A DNA stretch of 64,000 nucleotides from Candidatus Bathyarchaeia archaeon (lineage in GTDB: Archaea > Thermoproteota > Bathyarchaeia > Bathyarchaeales > Bathycorpusculaceae): NCBI GenBank assembly GCA_049516875.1, contig JBEKSS010000001.1, positions 256,001 through 320,000 on the forward strand. The letters are read 5' to 3'. Each line of letters begins with the position of its first letter. Position 1 is the first letter of the stretch. This document shows, in pieces, positions 29,612 through 39,597 of this stretch. The notes beneath the pieces are model-generated. The model did not search any database, was not told the DNA's origin, and worked only from the letters and a program-made list of their open reading frames with translations. A program made the translations under genes and the position numbers.

Positions 29612-30505
29612 ATGAAGAAAGTGCACTGCAGGATCATAGATACGTATAATGATTTCCTTGGTTACTGGATGAACGCATGGTTCAAGGACGTGAACAGGCA
29701 GATTGAACTGTGGCAAACTTGCTACATGAAAAAATATCCAGAACTACTGGCCAAACAAGTGAAGAACTACCAAGAAATGAACGTTGATTGGCAAGAGATT
29801 GCCAAGAAAATATTCCCTCAAATGCGAACTCGTTTCGAACTGATGCACAAAGCAAGAAACAACATACTAACCTTGTGCAAACCCATCTGCGCAAAAGCTT
29901 CTGAGACGCTGGGGCTTGACTTCGACATTGTCTTCGTCGTTTATGTCGGCATTGGTTGTGGTGCAGGATGGGCAACAAAGTACAATGTGCAGCCGGCCGT
30001 TCTCATGGGTTTAGAAAGCATCGCAGAAGAAAAGTGGCATAAAAAGAGTAGACTTGAAGGCTTAATGTCTCATGAAGTAGGGCACCTCGTGCACATGAAA
30101 TGGAGACGACAGTGGAAATCCTTCGAAAAGGCCGCTGAAGAGCCACTGTTTCGACTCTATTGCGAAGGGTTTGCCCAACGATGCGAGCATCTTATTCTTC
30201 AAAAAGAGACGTGGCACATGACACAAGACGAGACGTGGCTTTCCTGGTGCAGTCAACATCGAGAGTGGCTGGCCAAGGAATTCCTTGCAAGATTGAAAAA
30301 AGGAGCGTCAGTGAACGATTTTTTCGGTTCATGGTTCAACATCAAAGGAAAAAAGCAGACAGGATATTATCTGGGACATTCATTCATCCGCGAACTTGAA
30401 AGAACCCTCAGCCTGAGAGAAATCGCTCTTTTCAACCTAGACATGGTAAGGAAGCTCGGCTTACAGTACCTAAAATCCGCCAGCAATACAACCCTGAATT
30501 GTTGA
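29612..30505 (+). CDS. Putative Zn-dependent protease (DUF2268-like)
   Basis: HEVGH motif, downstream EGFA, GYYLG. Confidence 0.7.
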   Translation: MKKVHCRIIDTYNDFLGYWMNAWFKDVNRQIELWQTCYMKKYPELLAKQVKNYQEMNVDWQEIAKKIFPQMRTRFELMHKARNNILTLCKPICAKASETLGLDFDIVFVVYVGIGCGAGWATKYNVQPAVLMGLESIAEEKWHKKSRLEGLMSHEVGHLVHMKWRRQWKSFEKAAEEPLFRLYCEGFAQRCEHLILQKETWHMTQDETWLSWCSQHREWLAKEFLARLKKGASVNDFFGSWFNIKGKKQTGYYLGHSFIRELERTLSLREIALFNLDMVRKLGLQYLKSASNTTLNC

Positions 30506-30586
30506 GTAGTGCCATTCAATAGCAGCCATCAACAATAAACGTTAAATACGGCTTTAAATAGTAAAAGAGGCTACGGAGGACTCTTT

Positions 30587-30808
30587 GTGGTTGATTTAGA
30601 GTTGGCTGTAGCCCCAATGCATAGACTGTGCAAAAAGGCTGGAGCTGACAGAGTAAGCGAAGCGGCAGCGAAAGAACTTGCAAAAAACTTGGAGGAAATT
30701 GGCGTAAAAATCGCTAGAGAAGCGCTAGACTTCGCAATGCATGCTGGAAGAAAAACAATAAAATCTGAAGATATTGAAATCGCCGCCAGAAAAGTCATGG
30801 GCAAATAA
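30587..30808 (+). CDS. Archaeal histone
   Basis: APMHRL..AGADRVS...HAGRKTIKSED; TTTAAATA box upstream and T-run downstream. Confidence 0.95.
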   Translation: MVDLELAVAPMHRLCKKAGADRVSEAAAKELAKNLEEIGVKIAREALDFAMHAGRKTIKSEDIEIAARKVMGK

Positions 30809-30934
30809 ACCTTTTTTTGAGCTTCTCCCTTCTTTTTATCAAAACCGGCGCGAGACGATACAATCAAACAAGTTTTGAACGTGGAAAACCCTTAAGAACC
30901 TCAAACCGAACTTCAATTACAGAAGCTGATAAAC

Positions 30935-31258
30935 ATGGGTGGAAAAAAGAAGCTCAACCTGAAACAGATGGAACGAATGCAAGATAAGAAGGATGAGCAG
31001 GACAGAGAAAAGAAGAAGAAAGAAAAAGGCGGAGGGCCGAAAGAAAAGAAGGCTTCAGCGGTGGTTCCGCCAGACGCGAAAAACGATAAGATCATCGCAG
31101 AAGTGAAGAAAATGCACGTTTTGACGCCTTACGCCGTGGCCACTCGTTACAACATAAGAATAAGCGCCGCCAAGGATTTCTTGGAAGAGTTGCAACAAAA
31201 CGGCACGATTCAACTCGTTTCGGGAAGTCACAACATCAAAATATACAAGGCAGACTAA
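30935..31258 (+). CDS. rps25e: 30S ribosomal protein eS25
   Basis: MGGKKK, Lys-rich; LTPYAVA..ISAAK. Confidence 0.9.
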   Translation: MGGKKKLNLKQMERMQDKKDEQDREKKKKEKGGGPKEKKASAVVPPDAKNDKIIAEVKKMHVLTPYAVATRYNIRISAAKDFLEELQQNGTIQLVSGSHNIKIYKAD

Positions 31259-31328
31259 ACCATTCCATAGCTTCACACTCGCTCGTCCACGCACATCTCC
31301 AATTGACTGTTAAAAGGCCCAAACCTGC

Positions 31329-31808
31329 TTGGATTTTCCAAAGAGAATCTACACAGAGGAAGAAGTCAACAAGGCCAGAGAACTCATTGAAAAGGGATAC
31401 AAACACAGTCTGAGAGCTGAAGGAAGCCCAGCCTTCAAGCAGAAGGTAAAACGAGCACTCAAGCTTGTTAAAGCTGCAAGCTACTACGATTTCTTGAGAA
31501 CCTACATTCGCAAAGTAGAGGAAATTGACGGCCTGACGCAGCTCAGACAGGCAGAAGCGGCGATATGGGCGAACATGTACGCTGTGGAGAACCCTGTTGA
31601 TGCCGCCAGTCTTTTCGTGCAAAAGGCCAACCACATGAAGGAATACCTTGAGGGCAAGCTGTACTATGGTGGAGCCGCAGAGAAACGTTCTGACGAAAAA
31701 CGCATAGAATTTCTAAAAGTTTTGAAGACCAAAAGTCAGGAAGAACAGGTAAGAGAAGAATGTGAGAGAATCCTGAATTTGTGGAGAGAAAGTTACCTGG
31801 TTTATTAG
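31329..31808 (+). CDS. Conserved hypothetical protein
   Basis: Long ORF downstream of rps25e, protein-like composition. Confidence 0.6.
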   Translation: MDFPKRIYTEEEVNKARELIEKGYKHSLRAEGSPAFKQKVKRALKLVKAASYYDFLRTYIRKVEEIDGLTQLRQAEAAIWANMYAVENPVDAASLFVQKANHMKEYLEGKLYYGGAAEKRSDEKRIEFLKVLKTKSQEEQVREECERILNLWRESYLVY

Positions 31809-32188
31809 ACGCTTTCAACCCTGATTTTTGTTCCACTCTTCACCTGTTTGAACAGTTCAAGGTTCGCAGTGATCTTGCCCAAGATGCTCACCGGGCTGTA
31901 AGGCTGGGAGTTGCCGTAGAATATGCATATAGCACTTCCCATCGGCCAAAATGCGATGGTACCGACTTCAACAGTGCCCTTGGCTTTCTCTTCACCCATC
32001 TTGATCGGCGTTTCAAAGTAGACCTCTTCCTTCCACACGGCCGCCCTGCCTTCCATCGGCAATTTTCTGACTATCAGATCCACCGTTCTAGGCGCCAAAA
32101 AGCGTACCAGCTCTCCTTCTGCCTCGCCCAAGCTTTCGACTGTGAACTTTACTCTTACACGGGATATCTCTGCTTTTTCATCACTCAT
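31805..32188 (-). CDS. Cyclophilin-like (DUF369) protein
   Basis: WKEEVYF, GTIAFWPMGSAICIFYG. Confidence 0.85.
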   Translation of the reverse strand: MSDEKAEISRVRVKFTVESLGEAEGELVRFLAPRTVDLIVRKLPMEGRAAVWKEEVYFETPIKMGEEKAKGTVEVGTIAFWPMGSAICIFYGNSQPYSPVSILGKITANLELFKQVKSGTKIRVESV

Positions 32189-33519
32189 TTTTCTTTCCGG
32201 CTTCTTTGAATGAACTCGTCCAATATCTGCTCAAGCGAAACTGGCCCCAAAACTTTGAGCTCATACTTCACTCTTACAGTCGGCTTATTAATAGCTATGA
32301 CTCTTCTGAGGTCTATAGGCGTCCCTATCACCACAACGTCACACGGTGTCCGATCGATGGTTTCCTTGAGCTCTGCAACCTGTTTCTCGCCGTAACCCAA
32401 TGCTGGAAGGACAGCCCCCAAGTGCGGGTATTTCCTGTACGCCTCCTTTATTGAACCCACGGCGTACGGCCTTGGATCAACGAGCTCCGCTGCACCGAAC
32501 TTCTTCGCGAACACGACACCGGCTCCGTAGGGCATGCCGCCGTGCGTTATCGTGGGTCCGTCTTCAATCACCAGAACCCTCTTTCCCCGGACTGCTTCTG
32601 AGTTGTCTGCAGTTATAGGTGAAGCCGCTTCCAACACCGTGGCGTTCGGATTAACTGTCTTTATGTTTTCTCTGACCTGTTTCACCTTCTGCGGATCAGC
32701 AGTATCAACCTTGTTTATTATTACGACATCTGCCATTCGCAGGTTGGTTTCGCCAGGATAGTAAGTCAACTCATGTCCAGCCCTGTGTGGATCGGCCACG
32801 ACAATGTTTAAATCGGGCCTGTAGAACGACATGTCGTTGTTGCCTCCGTCCCACACTATCACATCGGCCTCTTTCTCGGCTTCTCTCAGGATTTTTTCGT
32901 AGTCAACTCCTGCATAGACGATTATTCCGTTGTCGATGTGCGGCTCATACTCTTCTCTTTCCTCAATCGTGCACTCATACCTGTCTAAATCTGCGTATGA
33001 AGCGAAACGCTCGCACACCTGCTTCCTCAAATCCCCGTACGGCATCGGATGTCTAACGGCTGCGACGTTCAGACCCTTGCTCTTCAGGATCTTTGCAACC
33101 TGGCGGGAAGTTTGACTCTTGCCTGACCCTGTTCTGACAGCGCACACCGAGACAACGGGGACTTCGGCGTTCAGCATAGTTGTCTTTGGCCCCATCAAAC
33201 GGAAGTCAGCACCGTTTGCCAGCACTAGGGAAGCCTTGTGCATGACGTACTCGTGCGAAACGTCGCTGTAAGCGAAAACAACCTGGTCAACATCATGTTT
33301 TTTTATCAGTTCGGCCAGCTCTTCCTCCGAGTATATCGGTATTCCGTTCGGGTACTTTGGGCCAGCAAGCTCGGTTGGATAGGGACGCCCTTCTATTCCT
33401 GGGATCTGAGTGGCTGTGAAGGCCACGACTTCATAAACGTCGTTGTCCCGGAAGTAAACGTTGAAGTTGTGGAAGTCTCTTCCGGCGGCGCCCATTATTA
33501 TAACCTTGATTTTCTGCAT
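32185..33519 (-). CDS. P-loop ligase of the ArcE (arginine synthetase)/cDPG synthetase family
   Basis: GAAGRDFHNFN, RTGSGKS, RHPMPYG, TIEEREEYE, WDGGNND, EDGPT. Confidence 0.8.
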   Translation of the reverse strand: MQKIKVIIMGAAGRDFHNFNVYFRDNDVYEVVAFTATQIPGIEGRPYPTELAGPKYPNGIPIYSEEELAELIKKHDVDQVVFAYSDVSHEYVMHKASLVLANGADFRLMGPKTTMLNAEVPVVSVCAVRTGSGKSQTSRQVAKILKSKGLNVAAVRHPMPYGDLRKQVCERFASYADLDRYECTIEEREEYEPHIDNGIIVYAGVDYEKILREAEKEADVIVWDGGNNDMSFYRPDLNIVVADPHRAGHELTYYPGETNLRMADVVIINKVDTADPQKVKQVRENIKTVNPNATVLEAASPITADNSEAVRGKRVLVIEDGPTITHGGMPYGAGVVFAKKFGAAELVDPRPYAVGSIKEAYRKYPHLGAVLPALGYGEKQVAELKETIDRTPCDVVVIGTPIDLRRVIAINKPTVRVKYELKVLGPVSLEQILDEFIQRSRKEK

Positions 33520-33598
33520 GATGAAATCCTCCGTTAAAACCCCAAACCTGGGAGTTCAATACTACTTGGGCATTCCATATAAACCTTAACGTCGCGGA

Positions 33599-34702
33599 CT
33601 ATTTTACCAGATATAGGACGCTGTCGCTTATGAAGTCTAATTGTTCCGCCGTGACTCCTGGATGGACTGGCAGCGAAAACACCTGTGCTGAAGCCTTTTC
33701 TGTCTCTGGAAGCCGGTACCTGCCAAACTTACGGTAGTAAGGCATGAGATGTATCGGGTTCACGTAGCAGACGAACGCGTCTATTCCCTTCTGCTTCAGT
33801 TTCTCAACAACTTCGTCTCTCTTCTCCCTCTTCGCATTCTTCAACCGGACGGTGTAGAGATACCAGCAGCACTTGGAGCCCTCCGGTTCCGTCGGCAGCT
33901 GGAGACCCTTTGCCTTCCGGAGATTTTCACTGAGTCTTTTGGCGTTCCGGCGTCTTTTGGCCACAAACATGGGCAGCTTTTTCAGTTGTTCGATGCCTAT
34001 GGCAGCTGCTATCTCTGGCATGTGATAATTGTGTCCAAGAATGAGGGACTGGTACTTCTTTTTCTCTCCGTGGCTACGGATGTACCGCGGCATCTCCGCA
34101 ATCTGGTCGCTGTTCGTAGTTAGCATACCGCCTTCTCCCGTAGTCATGTTCTTGCTCCCGTAGAAGCTCCAGCACGCAGCGTCGGCAAAGGCTCCCACAG
34201 GTTTTCCTTTGTACATGGCTCCGTGAGCCTGAGCCGCATCCTCAATAATGTTAAGTCCGCGCTCATCGGCAATTTCTCTTATCGGCTGCATGTCAGCAGG
34301 CATGCCATACAAGTCAACCGGCATTATCGCCTTGGTCTTCTTCGTCACAGCCTTCTCGATTGCCCTCGGAGAAACGGTGCACGTGTTCATGTTTATGTCA
34401 ACAAAGACCGGCTTCGCTCTGTTGAAGACCACAGCTTCCGCGGTGGCGACAAACGTGAAGCTTGGCAGAATGACCTCGTCGCCTGCCTTGACGCCCGCGC
34501 CTACAAGGGCCGAGTGCAGTGCAGCCGTTCCCGAGTTCATGGCGATTGCGTGCTTTGCCTTTACGAATTTTGCATATGCGTTCTCAAACTCTGTAACCTT
34601 CGGGCCCCCACCAAGGCCGGATGTCAACACGCCGCTCTTCATGACTTTGACAACAGCTTCGATCTCTTCCTTACCAATCTGCGGAGCATTAATTGATATC
34701 AT
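33599..34702 (-). CDS. DegT/DnrJ/EryC1/StrS aminotransferase
   Basis: NSGTAAL, EDAAQAHG, SFYGSKNMTTGEGG. Confidence 0.92.
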   Translation of the reverse strand: MISINAPQIGKEEIEAVVKVMKSGVLTSGLGGGPKVTEFENAYAKFVKAKHAIAMNSGTAALHSALVGAGVKAGDEVILPSFTFVATAEAVVFNRAKPVFVDINMNTCTVSPRAIEKAVTKKTKAIMPVDLYGMPADMQPIREIADERGLNIIEDAAQAHGAMYKGKPVGAFADAACWSFYGSKNMTTGEGGMLTTNSDQIAEMPRYIRSHGEKKKYQSLILGHNYHMPEIAAAIGIEQLKKLPMFVAKRRRNAKRLSENLRKAKGLQLPTEPEGSKCCWYLYTVRLKNAKREKRDEVVEKLKQKGIDAFVCYVNPIHLMPYYRKFGRYRLPETEKASAQVFSLPVHPGVTAEQLDFISDSVLYLVK

Positions 34703-34789
34703 CTTACTGCCTTCCACTTACTATGCCGATCTTATGTTAATAACTTCTACGTCCGCCTTTCGACTCGAGTTCACGCCTTGAGGATATGA

Positions 34790-35434
34790 CTAAAACCCGT
34801 TCGCTGAACCTTTTACTCTGTTAAGGAACTCTTCCTTTTCTCTTTCGACCTCTTCCATCCTTTTCGACAGAAACTCTAGTTCTTCACATATTTCTTCGAG
34901 CCACTGTTCCATCGCCAAGCTGCACTCATTGTCAGTCATTTTTGAGAGGTATTTTAAGACATCTTGAGCAGCATTCTTCTTCAGCGAGTGCAAGGGATAG
35001 TTTATTTCCTGAAACTTTGAGAAGGGAAAGAAGTGCCTGGTTGAGCGCGGTTCCATCAGGTGACCGCTGACTCCAGCTAGAATGACCTCTTCGATGGATA
35101 TTTCTTTGTCGACGCCGTTTGTGTATCGGTGTATTCTCCTTTTCCCAACGTGTATTCTCTGGTTTTTGAAGACGTCCACGAGAATGACTGGTATCAGCTC
35201 GTAGCCAAGGCTCATCAGTGCGAGCCAGCGGTGCATTCCATCCAAGATGACATTCGTCTTTTCATCAGCTATTATCGGATACTTCAGCACACCGTCTCTG
35301 AGGATTTCCTTTCTCAAGAGCTCAAGATACAGCGGGGAACCCTTTTCATGCGGCTTGAGCTGGTCAACTCGTAACAAAGTCAGTTTTGCATCCGTGTTTT
35401 CGACTTTCAAGACTGTAGATGTCACATGGTTCAC
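34790..35434 (-). CDS. ParB/Srx-fold protein resembling the free-serine kinases SerK/SbnI, with a C-terminal coiled coil
   Basis: LKPHE, LDGMHRW, EEV..G...PRSTRHFFPF. Confidence 0.65.
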   Translation of the reverse strand: MNHVTSTVLKVENTDAKLTLLRVDQLKPHEKGSPLYLELLRKEILRDGVLKYPIIADEKTNVILDGMHRWLALMSLGYELIPVILVDVFKNQRIHVGKRRIHRYTNGVDKEISIEEVILAGVSGHLMEPRSTRHFFPFSKFQEINYPLHSLKKNAAQDVLKYLSKMTDNECSLAMEQWLEEICEELEFLSKRMEEVEREKEEFLNRVKGSANGF

Positions 35435-35437
35435 CTT

Positions 35438-36799
35438 TTAGTAGCTGAAGGTCGGAACTTCGATTTTTTCAGGCTCATATTCGACGAGTTTACCCGCGAG
35501 ATACTGCTCGTAAGCGGACAGATCAAGCAGGCCGTGTCCGCTGTAGTTCATTGCAATCACTTTCTTTTCGTCTGCCTTCCTACATTTCAAAGCCTCGTCC
35601 ACGACGAACTTGAGGCTGTGGGCGGTTTCAGGAGCCGCTATCAAACCTTCCGTTTGAGCCAAAAGCTTAGCAGCCTCGAAAACTTCGGCTTGATTATAAG
35701 CCACTGAACGGGCGTACCCTTTATGAATCAGGTACGATATCAGCGGTGACATGCCGTGATACCTTAAGCCGCCAGCATGGACGGGTGGACACGCGTAGTC
35801 ATGCCCTATCGTCAACATTTTGATAAGTGGAGTCATTTTAGCCGTGTCTCCATAATCGTAGGTGTAGACGCCTCTGGTTGTGTGTGGAACGGCTTTCGAT
35901 TCGCAGGCAACAAATTCTGCGTTCGTCTTTCCCTTGAGCTTGTCCATCATGAAGGGGAAACAGAAGCCGCCGTAGTTGGAGCCGCCGCCTATGCAGCCGC
36001 AGACCACGTCAGGGTTTACGTCTATGTGTTCAAACTGTTTCTTTGCTTCTAACCCTATTATCGTCTGGTGCATCAGGACGTGGTTTAGGACAGATCCGAG
36101 AGAATAGCGCGTGTCTTCATGAGTCACCGTATCTTCGATGGCCTCGCTTATGGCTATACCGAGTGTCCCAGGATGATTCGGATTCTCCTTAAGCAGCTTT
36201 CTGCCAAAATCTGTTTGATCACTCGGTGACGGAAACATTTCGGCTCCATACAACTGAGCCATTGTCCTTCTTCCAAGCTTGTTCTGATAACTCACGCGAA
36301 CCATGTAAATCCGGCATGCAAGCCCGAAAAGCGTGGTTGCCAAAGCCAAGGCTGTGCCCCATTGCCCAGCCCCCGTCTCAGTCGCTAACCTCTTGATTCC
36401 CTGCTTTCTATTGTAATATGCCTGCGCAATAGCCGTATTGGTTTTGTGACTGCCTGTAGGACTGAAGTTCTCACACTTGAAATAGATTTGCGCCGGTGTC
36501 TTGAGAAACTTCTCAAGTCTTCTGGCGCGGTAAAGTGGTGTTGGACGCGGCAGTCTTAGATACGCGTCAAGCACATCATCTGGTATTCTAACATACCGTT
36601 CCGTTGAGACCTCTTGTCCAACAAGTTCCTTTGCAAATATCCTTTCAAGAACGCTTGGGCTTATCGGCTTTAGCGTTGTTGGGTCCAATGGGGGTGGCAG
36701 AGGTTCTGGAAGATCTGCCTGTATGTTATACCATGATGTTGGCATTTCGTCAGGTTCTAACGTGGTTACATATTCTTTGGTTTTGCTCATCTGGGTCAT
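35438..36799 (-). CDS. trpB2: Tryptophan synthase beta chain, type 2
   Basis: WYNI.ADLP, SPTGSHK, ETGAGQWG, GSVLNHV, HAGGLRYHG, SGHG; start moved to MTQMSK. Confidence 0.93.
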   Translation of the reverse strand: MTQMSKTKEYVTTLEPDEMPTSWYNIQADLPEPLPPPLDPTTLKPISPSVLERIFAKELVGQEVSTERYVRIPDDVLDAYLRLPRPTPLYRARRLEKFLKTPAQIYFKCENFSPTGSHKTNTAIAQAYYNRKQGIKRLATETGAGQWGTALALATTLFGLACRIYMVRVSYQNKLGRRTMAQLYGAEMFPSPSDQTDFGRKLLKENPNHPGTLGIAISEAIEDTVTHEDTRYSLGSVLNHVLMHQTIIGLEAKKQFEHIDVNPDVVCGCIGGGSNYGGFCFPFMMDKLKGKTNAEFVACESKAVPHTTRGVYTYDYGDTAKMTPLIKMLTIGHDYACPPVHAGGLRYHGMSPLISYLIHKGYARSVAYNQAEVFEAAKLLAQTEGLIAAPETAHSLKFVVDEALKCRKADEKKVIAMNYSGHGLLDLSAYEQYLAGKLVEYEPEKIEVPTFSY

Positions 36800-36812
36800 A
36801 TAGGCTTCACCC

Positions 36813-36898
36813 ATGTACATTTCAGTGCATTTGTGCACGTTTATAGCCAAATTATAGTGCAAGAACATATTTATACTTTATTGCACAAAAATGTACAT
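36813..36898. promoter_or_regulatory. TRP-box-like operator pair (TGTACA/TGCAC) in the trpB2-trpY divergent promoter
   Basis: ATGTACATTTCAGTGCA (36813-36829) and TGCACAAAAATGTACAT (36882-36898) are near-perfect inverted copies of each other. Confidence 0.7.
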
Positions 36899-36913
36899 TA
36901 AAGGAACCGCAAC

Positions 36914-37417
36914 ATGTGGAGCAACGTGAAAAAATATTTCGAAGGCCACCCTGAAAGGCTCAACGTGGCGCGCGTGCTAATCGAAAACGGGCTGAGCGTA
37001 AGAAACGGAAGAATCTACCTCAACGAAATAGAGCTCCCACCGGTGCGCGTGGCCCGAGCTGCAGGGGTTGATAGGCGGACAGTCAAAGAGACATTAAAAG
37101 CAATAGGAGCCAACAGGGAACTTCGACTGATATTTGAAGGCATAAGGTCTGCTGGACACTCGCTGAAGGAGATCGCCAAGCACTTGAACCTCGGAGTGGT
37201 TGAAATAACGCCTGTTGACGCGAGAATGTCAGGCATTTTGGCCAATTCCGCGATGATTCTGGCAAAGAACGGCTTGAGCATAAGACAGGCAATCGTGGAC
37301 GACCCGGAACTCTCGCCAGAACCCAAACTATCGCTGATTGTTGAAAAAAAAATCCCGGGAGAGCTCATCCCAGAACTACTCAACGTGAAGGGAGTGGCCA
37401 AGGTTTCAATCTATTAG
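36914..37417 (+). CDS. trpY: TrpY-like regulator (HTH plus ACT domain, COG2150)
   Basis: ARAAGVDRRTV HTH, GILA..SIRQAIVDDPEL ACT; divergent from trpB2. Confidence 0.75.
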   Translation: MWSNVKKYFEGHPERLNVARVLIENGLSVRNGRIYLNEIELPPVRVARAAGVDRRTVKETLKAIGANRELRLIFEGIRSAGHSLKEIAKHLNLGVVEITPVDARMSGILANSAMILAKNGLSIRQAIVDDPELSPEPKLSLIVEKKIPGELIPELLNVKGVAKVSIY

Positions 37418-37577
37418 GTAGCCAGTAGTAATCACCCGCAAAGTCATGAATCTGAGCACACTTCACGTTGCTAAGCATTCATGGAGTCTAAACATTGAAA
37501 ACACACGTTCTTGACAGAAAGGATAATAGACAACCTGAATCGCACTTTATATATTCATGGTCACGGATGGCTAACAG

Positions 37578-39578
37578 ATGGCGAGAGTAGGCGTGTACGT
37601 TTGCCACTGCGGCTTGAACATCGCCGGAGTTGTTGACGTGGAAAAAGTTGCCGAATACGCCAGAACCTTGACAGGTGTCGTCGTGACCAAACATTACACT
37701 TACATGTGTTCTGAACCTGGACAACGCATGATTCAGGACGATATCAAGGCTAAGAAGCTTGACAGGATTGTTATCGCAACATGCTCGCCTCGTATGCATG
37801 AAGAAACGTTCCGGAGAGCAGTTGCAGAAGCCGGACTAAACCCATATTTGACAGAAATAGTCAACTTGCGGGAGCAGGTTTCTTGGGCGCACATTCATGA
37901 GCCTGGAAAGGCAACGGAAAAAGCCAAAGCGCTTGTAAGAATGGGGGTGGCCCGCGCCCGACTCCTAGAACCGCTTGAAAAACGCAGAGTGAGCGTTGAG
38001 AAAAGCGTATTGGTTGTGGGCGGCGGAATCGCAGGCATACAGGCCTCGTTGGACCTTGCCAACGCAGGGTTCCCAGTCTACCTTATAGAGAAAGCCCCAA
38101 GCATCGGCGGACGCATGGCACAGCTGGACAAGACCTTTCCAACTCTTGACTGCAGCGCGTGCATCCTGACCCCTAAGATGGTTGATGTGGCCAAAAATCC
38201 AAACATAACAATGCTGACGAATGCTGAAGTCACCGACGTGAAGGGCTTTGTCGGCAACTATGAAGCTTCAATTCTCAAGAAGCCAAGATACGTGGACGAA
38301 AAGAGATGCGTGGGTTGTGAACTGTGCACGGAAGTCTGTCCAGTCAAAGTTCCCGACAAGTTTAACGAGAACCTGGCTGAAAAACGTGCAATATCAATTT
38401 ACTCAGCACATGCCGTCCCCAAAATCGCGACAATCAATCCGGACTACTGCCTCAGACTGAAGTATGATAAAGGCGTTTGCGGTAAGTGCCAAGAGGCATG
38501 CGAAGCCAAAGCCATAAACTTTGAGCAGCAACCAGAAACAATTCAAGTCAAAGTGGGCGGCGTAGTCCTAGCCGTTGGTTCTGAGGTTTTCAACGCTTTG
38601 GAAATGGCGGAACTCGGTTATGGACGCTTCAAAAACGTCGTTTCAAACATCGAGTTTGAGAGGATTTCGGACGCATCTGGGCCGACAGGAGGGAAAATTC
38701 TCTCTCCGAAAGACGGCAAAACACCCAAAACCATCGCTTTCATCCAGTGTGTGGGCTCTCGAGACAAGCGTTTCCACGAATACTGTTGCCGAGTTGGCTG
38801 CATGGTAACCCTGAAACAAGCGATTTTAGCAAGAGAGAAAATCCATGAAAACGTGAGAATATACGTCTGCTACATCGACGTGCGAGCCTTCGGTAAGGGC
38901 TACGACGAGTTTTACAGACGGGCAAGGGACATGGATATAGACTTTGTGGCGGGCTTGCCCTCTGAGATTCACGCAACGTCAGACGGTTCACTCTACTTCG
39001 ACGTCTACGACAAGGGAACGAACAAACTATTGCAGATACGCGCGGATCTGGTCGTTCTTGGGACAGGACTTGTCCCGAACGAGAATCTTGCTGACGTCAG
39101 TGCACTGTTCCATGCTTCAAGGAGCGCGGACGGTTTTCTGTTAGAGGCACATCCTAAACTGAAGCCACTCGAGAGCGCCATGGCAGGCGTCTTTCTAGCA
39201 GGTGCGTGCCAAGGACCCAAGGACATACCGGACACGGTGGCGCAAGCAAGCGGGGCTGCGGCGAAAGCCATGGACTTGCTGTCACAGGGTGAAATTGAGC
39301 TTGAACCCTTGAAAGCCATAGTCGACGAAGACCTCTGCAGCGGATGCAAGATATGTGCGTCAATCTGCCCATTCCTAGCAATAGAAATGAAAACTGACAT
39401 CGTTGACGGAAAAGAGAGACCCAGAGCTGAGGTTATTGAGGCAGTGTGCCAAGGTTGTGGTCTTTGCAGTTCAGCGTGTCCGACTGGCGCCATCAAGATA
39501 CAGCAGTATAGCAACAAACAAGTAATGACCCAGGTTGAGGCGGCCCTGGCTGAAACCTGTGCTGAAGGAGGAAAATGA
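37578..39578 (+). CDS. hdrA: Heterodisulfide reductase subunit A
   Basis: GVYVCHCG.NIA, GGGIAG, LDKTFPTLDCSACI, QCVGSRD, EAHPKL, several 4Fe-4S motifs; no fused MvhD. Confidence 0.95.
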   Translation: MARVGVYVCHCGLNIAGVVDVEKVAEYARTLTGVVVTKHYTYMCSEPGQRMIQDDIKAKKLDRIVIATCSPRMHEETFRRAVAEAGLNPYLTEIVNLREQVSWAHIHEPGKATEKAKALVRMGVARARLLEPLEKRRVSVEKSVLVVGGGIAGIQASLDLANAGFPVYLIEKAPSIGGRMAQLDKTFPTLDCSACILTPKMVDVAKNPNITMLTNAEVTDVKGFVGNYEASILKKPRYVDEKRCVGCELCTEVCPVKVPDKFNENLAEKRAISIYSAHAVPKIATINPDYCLRLKYDKGVCGKCQEACEAKAINFEQQPETIQVKVGGVVLAVGSEVFNALEMAELGYGRFKNVVSNIEFERISDASGPTGGKILSPKDGKTPKTIAFIQCVGSRDKRFHEYCCRVGCMVTLKQAILAREKIHENVRIYVCYIDVRAFGKGYDEFYRRARDMDIDFVAGLPSEIHATSDGSLYFDVYDKGTNKLLQIRADLVVLGTGLVPNENLADVSALFHASRSADGFLLEAHPKLKPLESAMAGVFLAGACQGPKDIPDTVAQASGAAAKAMDLLSQGEIELEPLKAIVDEDLCSGCKICASICPFLAIEMKTDIVDGKERPRAEVIEAVCQGCGLCSSACPTGAIKIQQYSNKQVMTQVEAALAETCAEGGK

Positions 39579-39597
39579 TCTGAGCCTTATCGATTTG

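Noticed and set aside
39567-39583. GGAGG RBS followed by ATG-ATC-TGA at the hdrA/hdrC junction (possible frameshift or recoding)
   Set aside because: In-frame ATGs at 39598 and 39604 give a normal HdrC; no SECIS or slippery site is evident.
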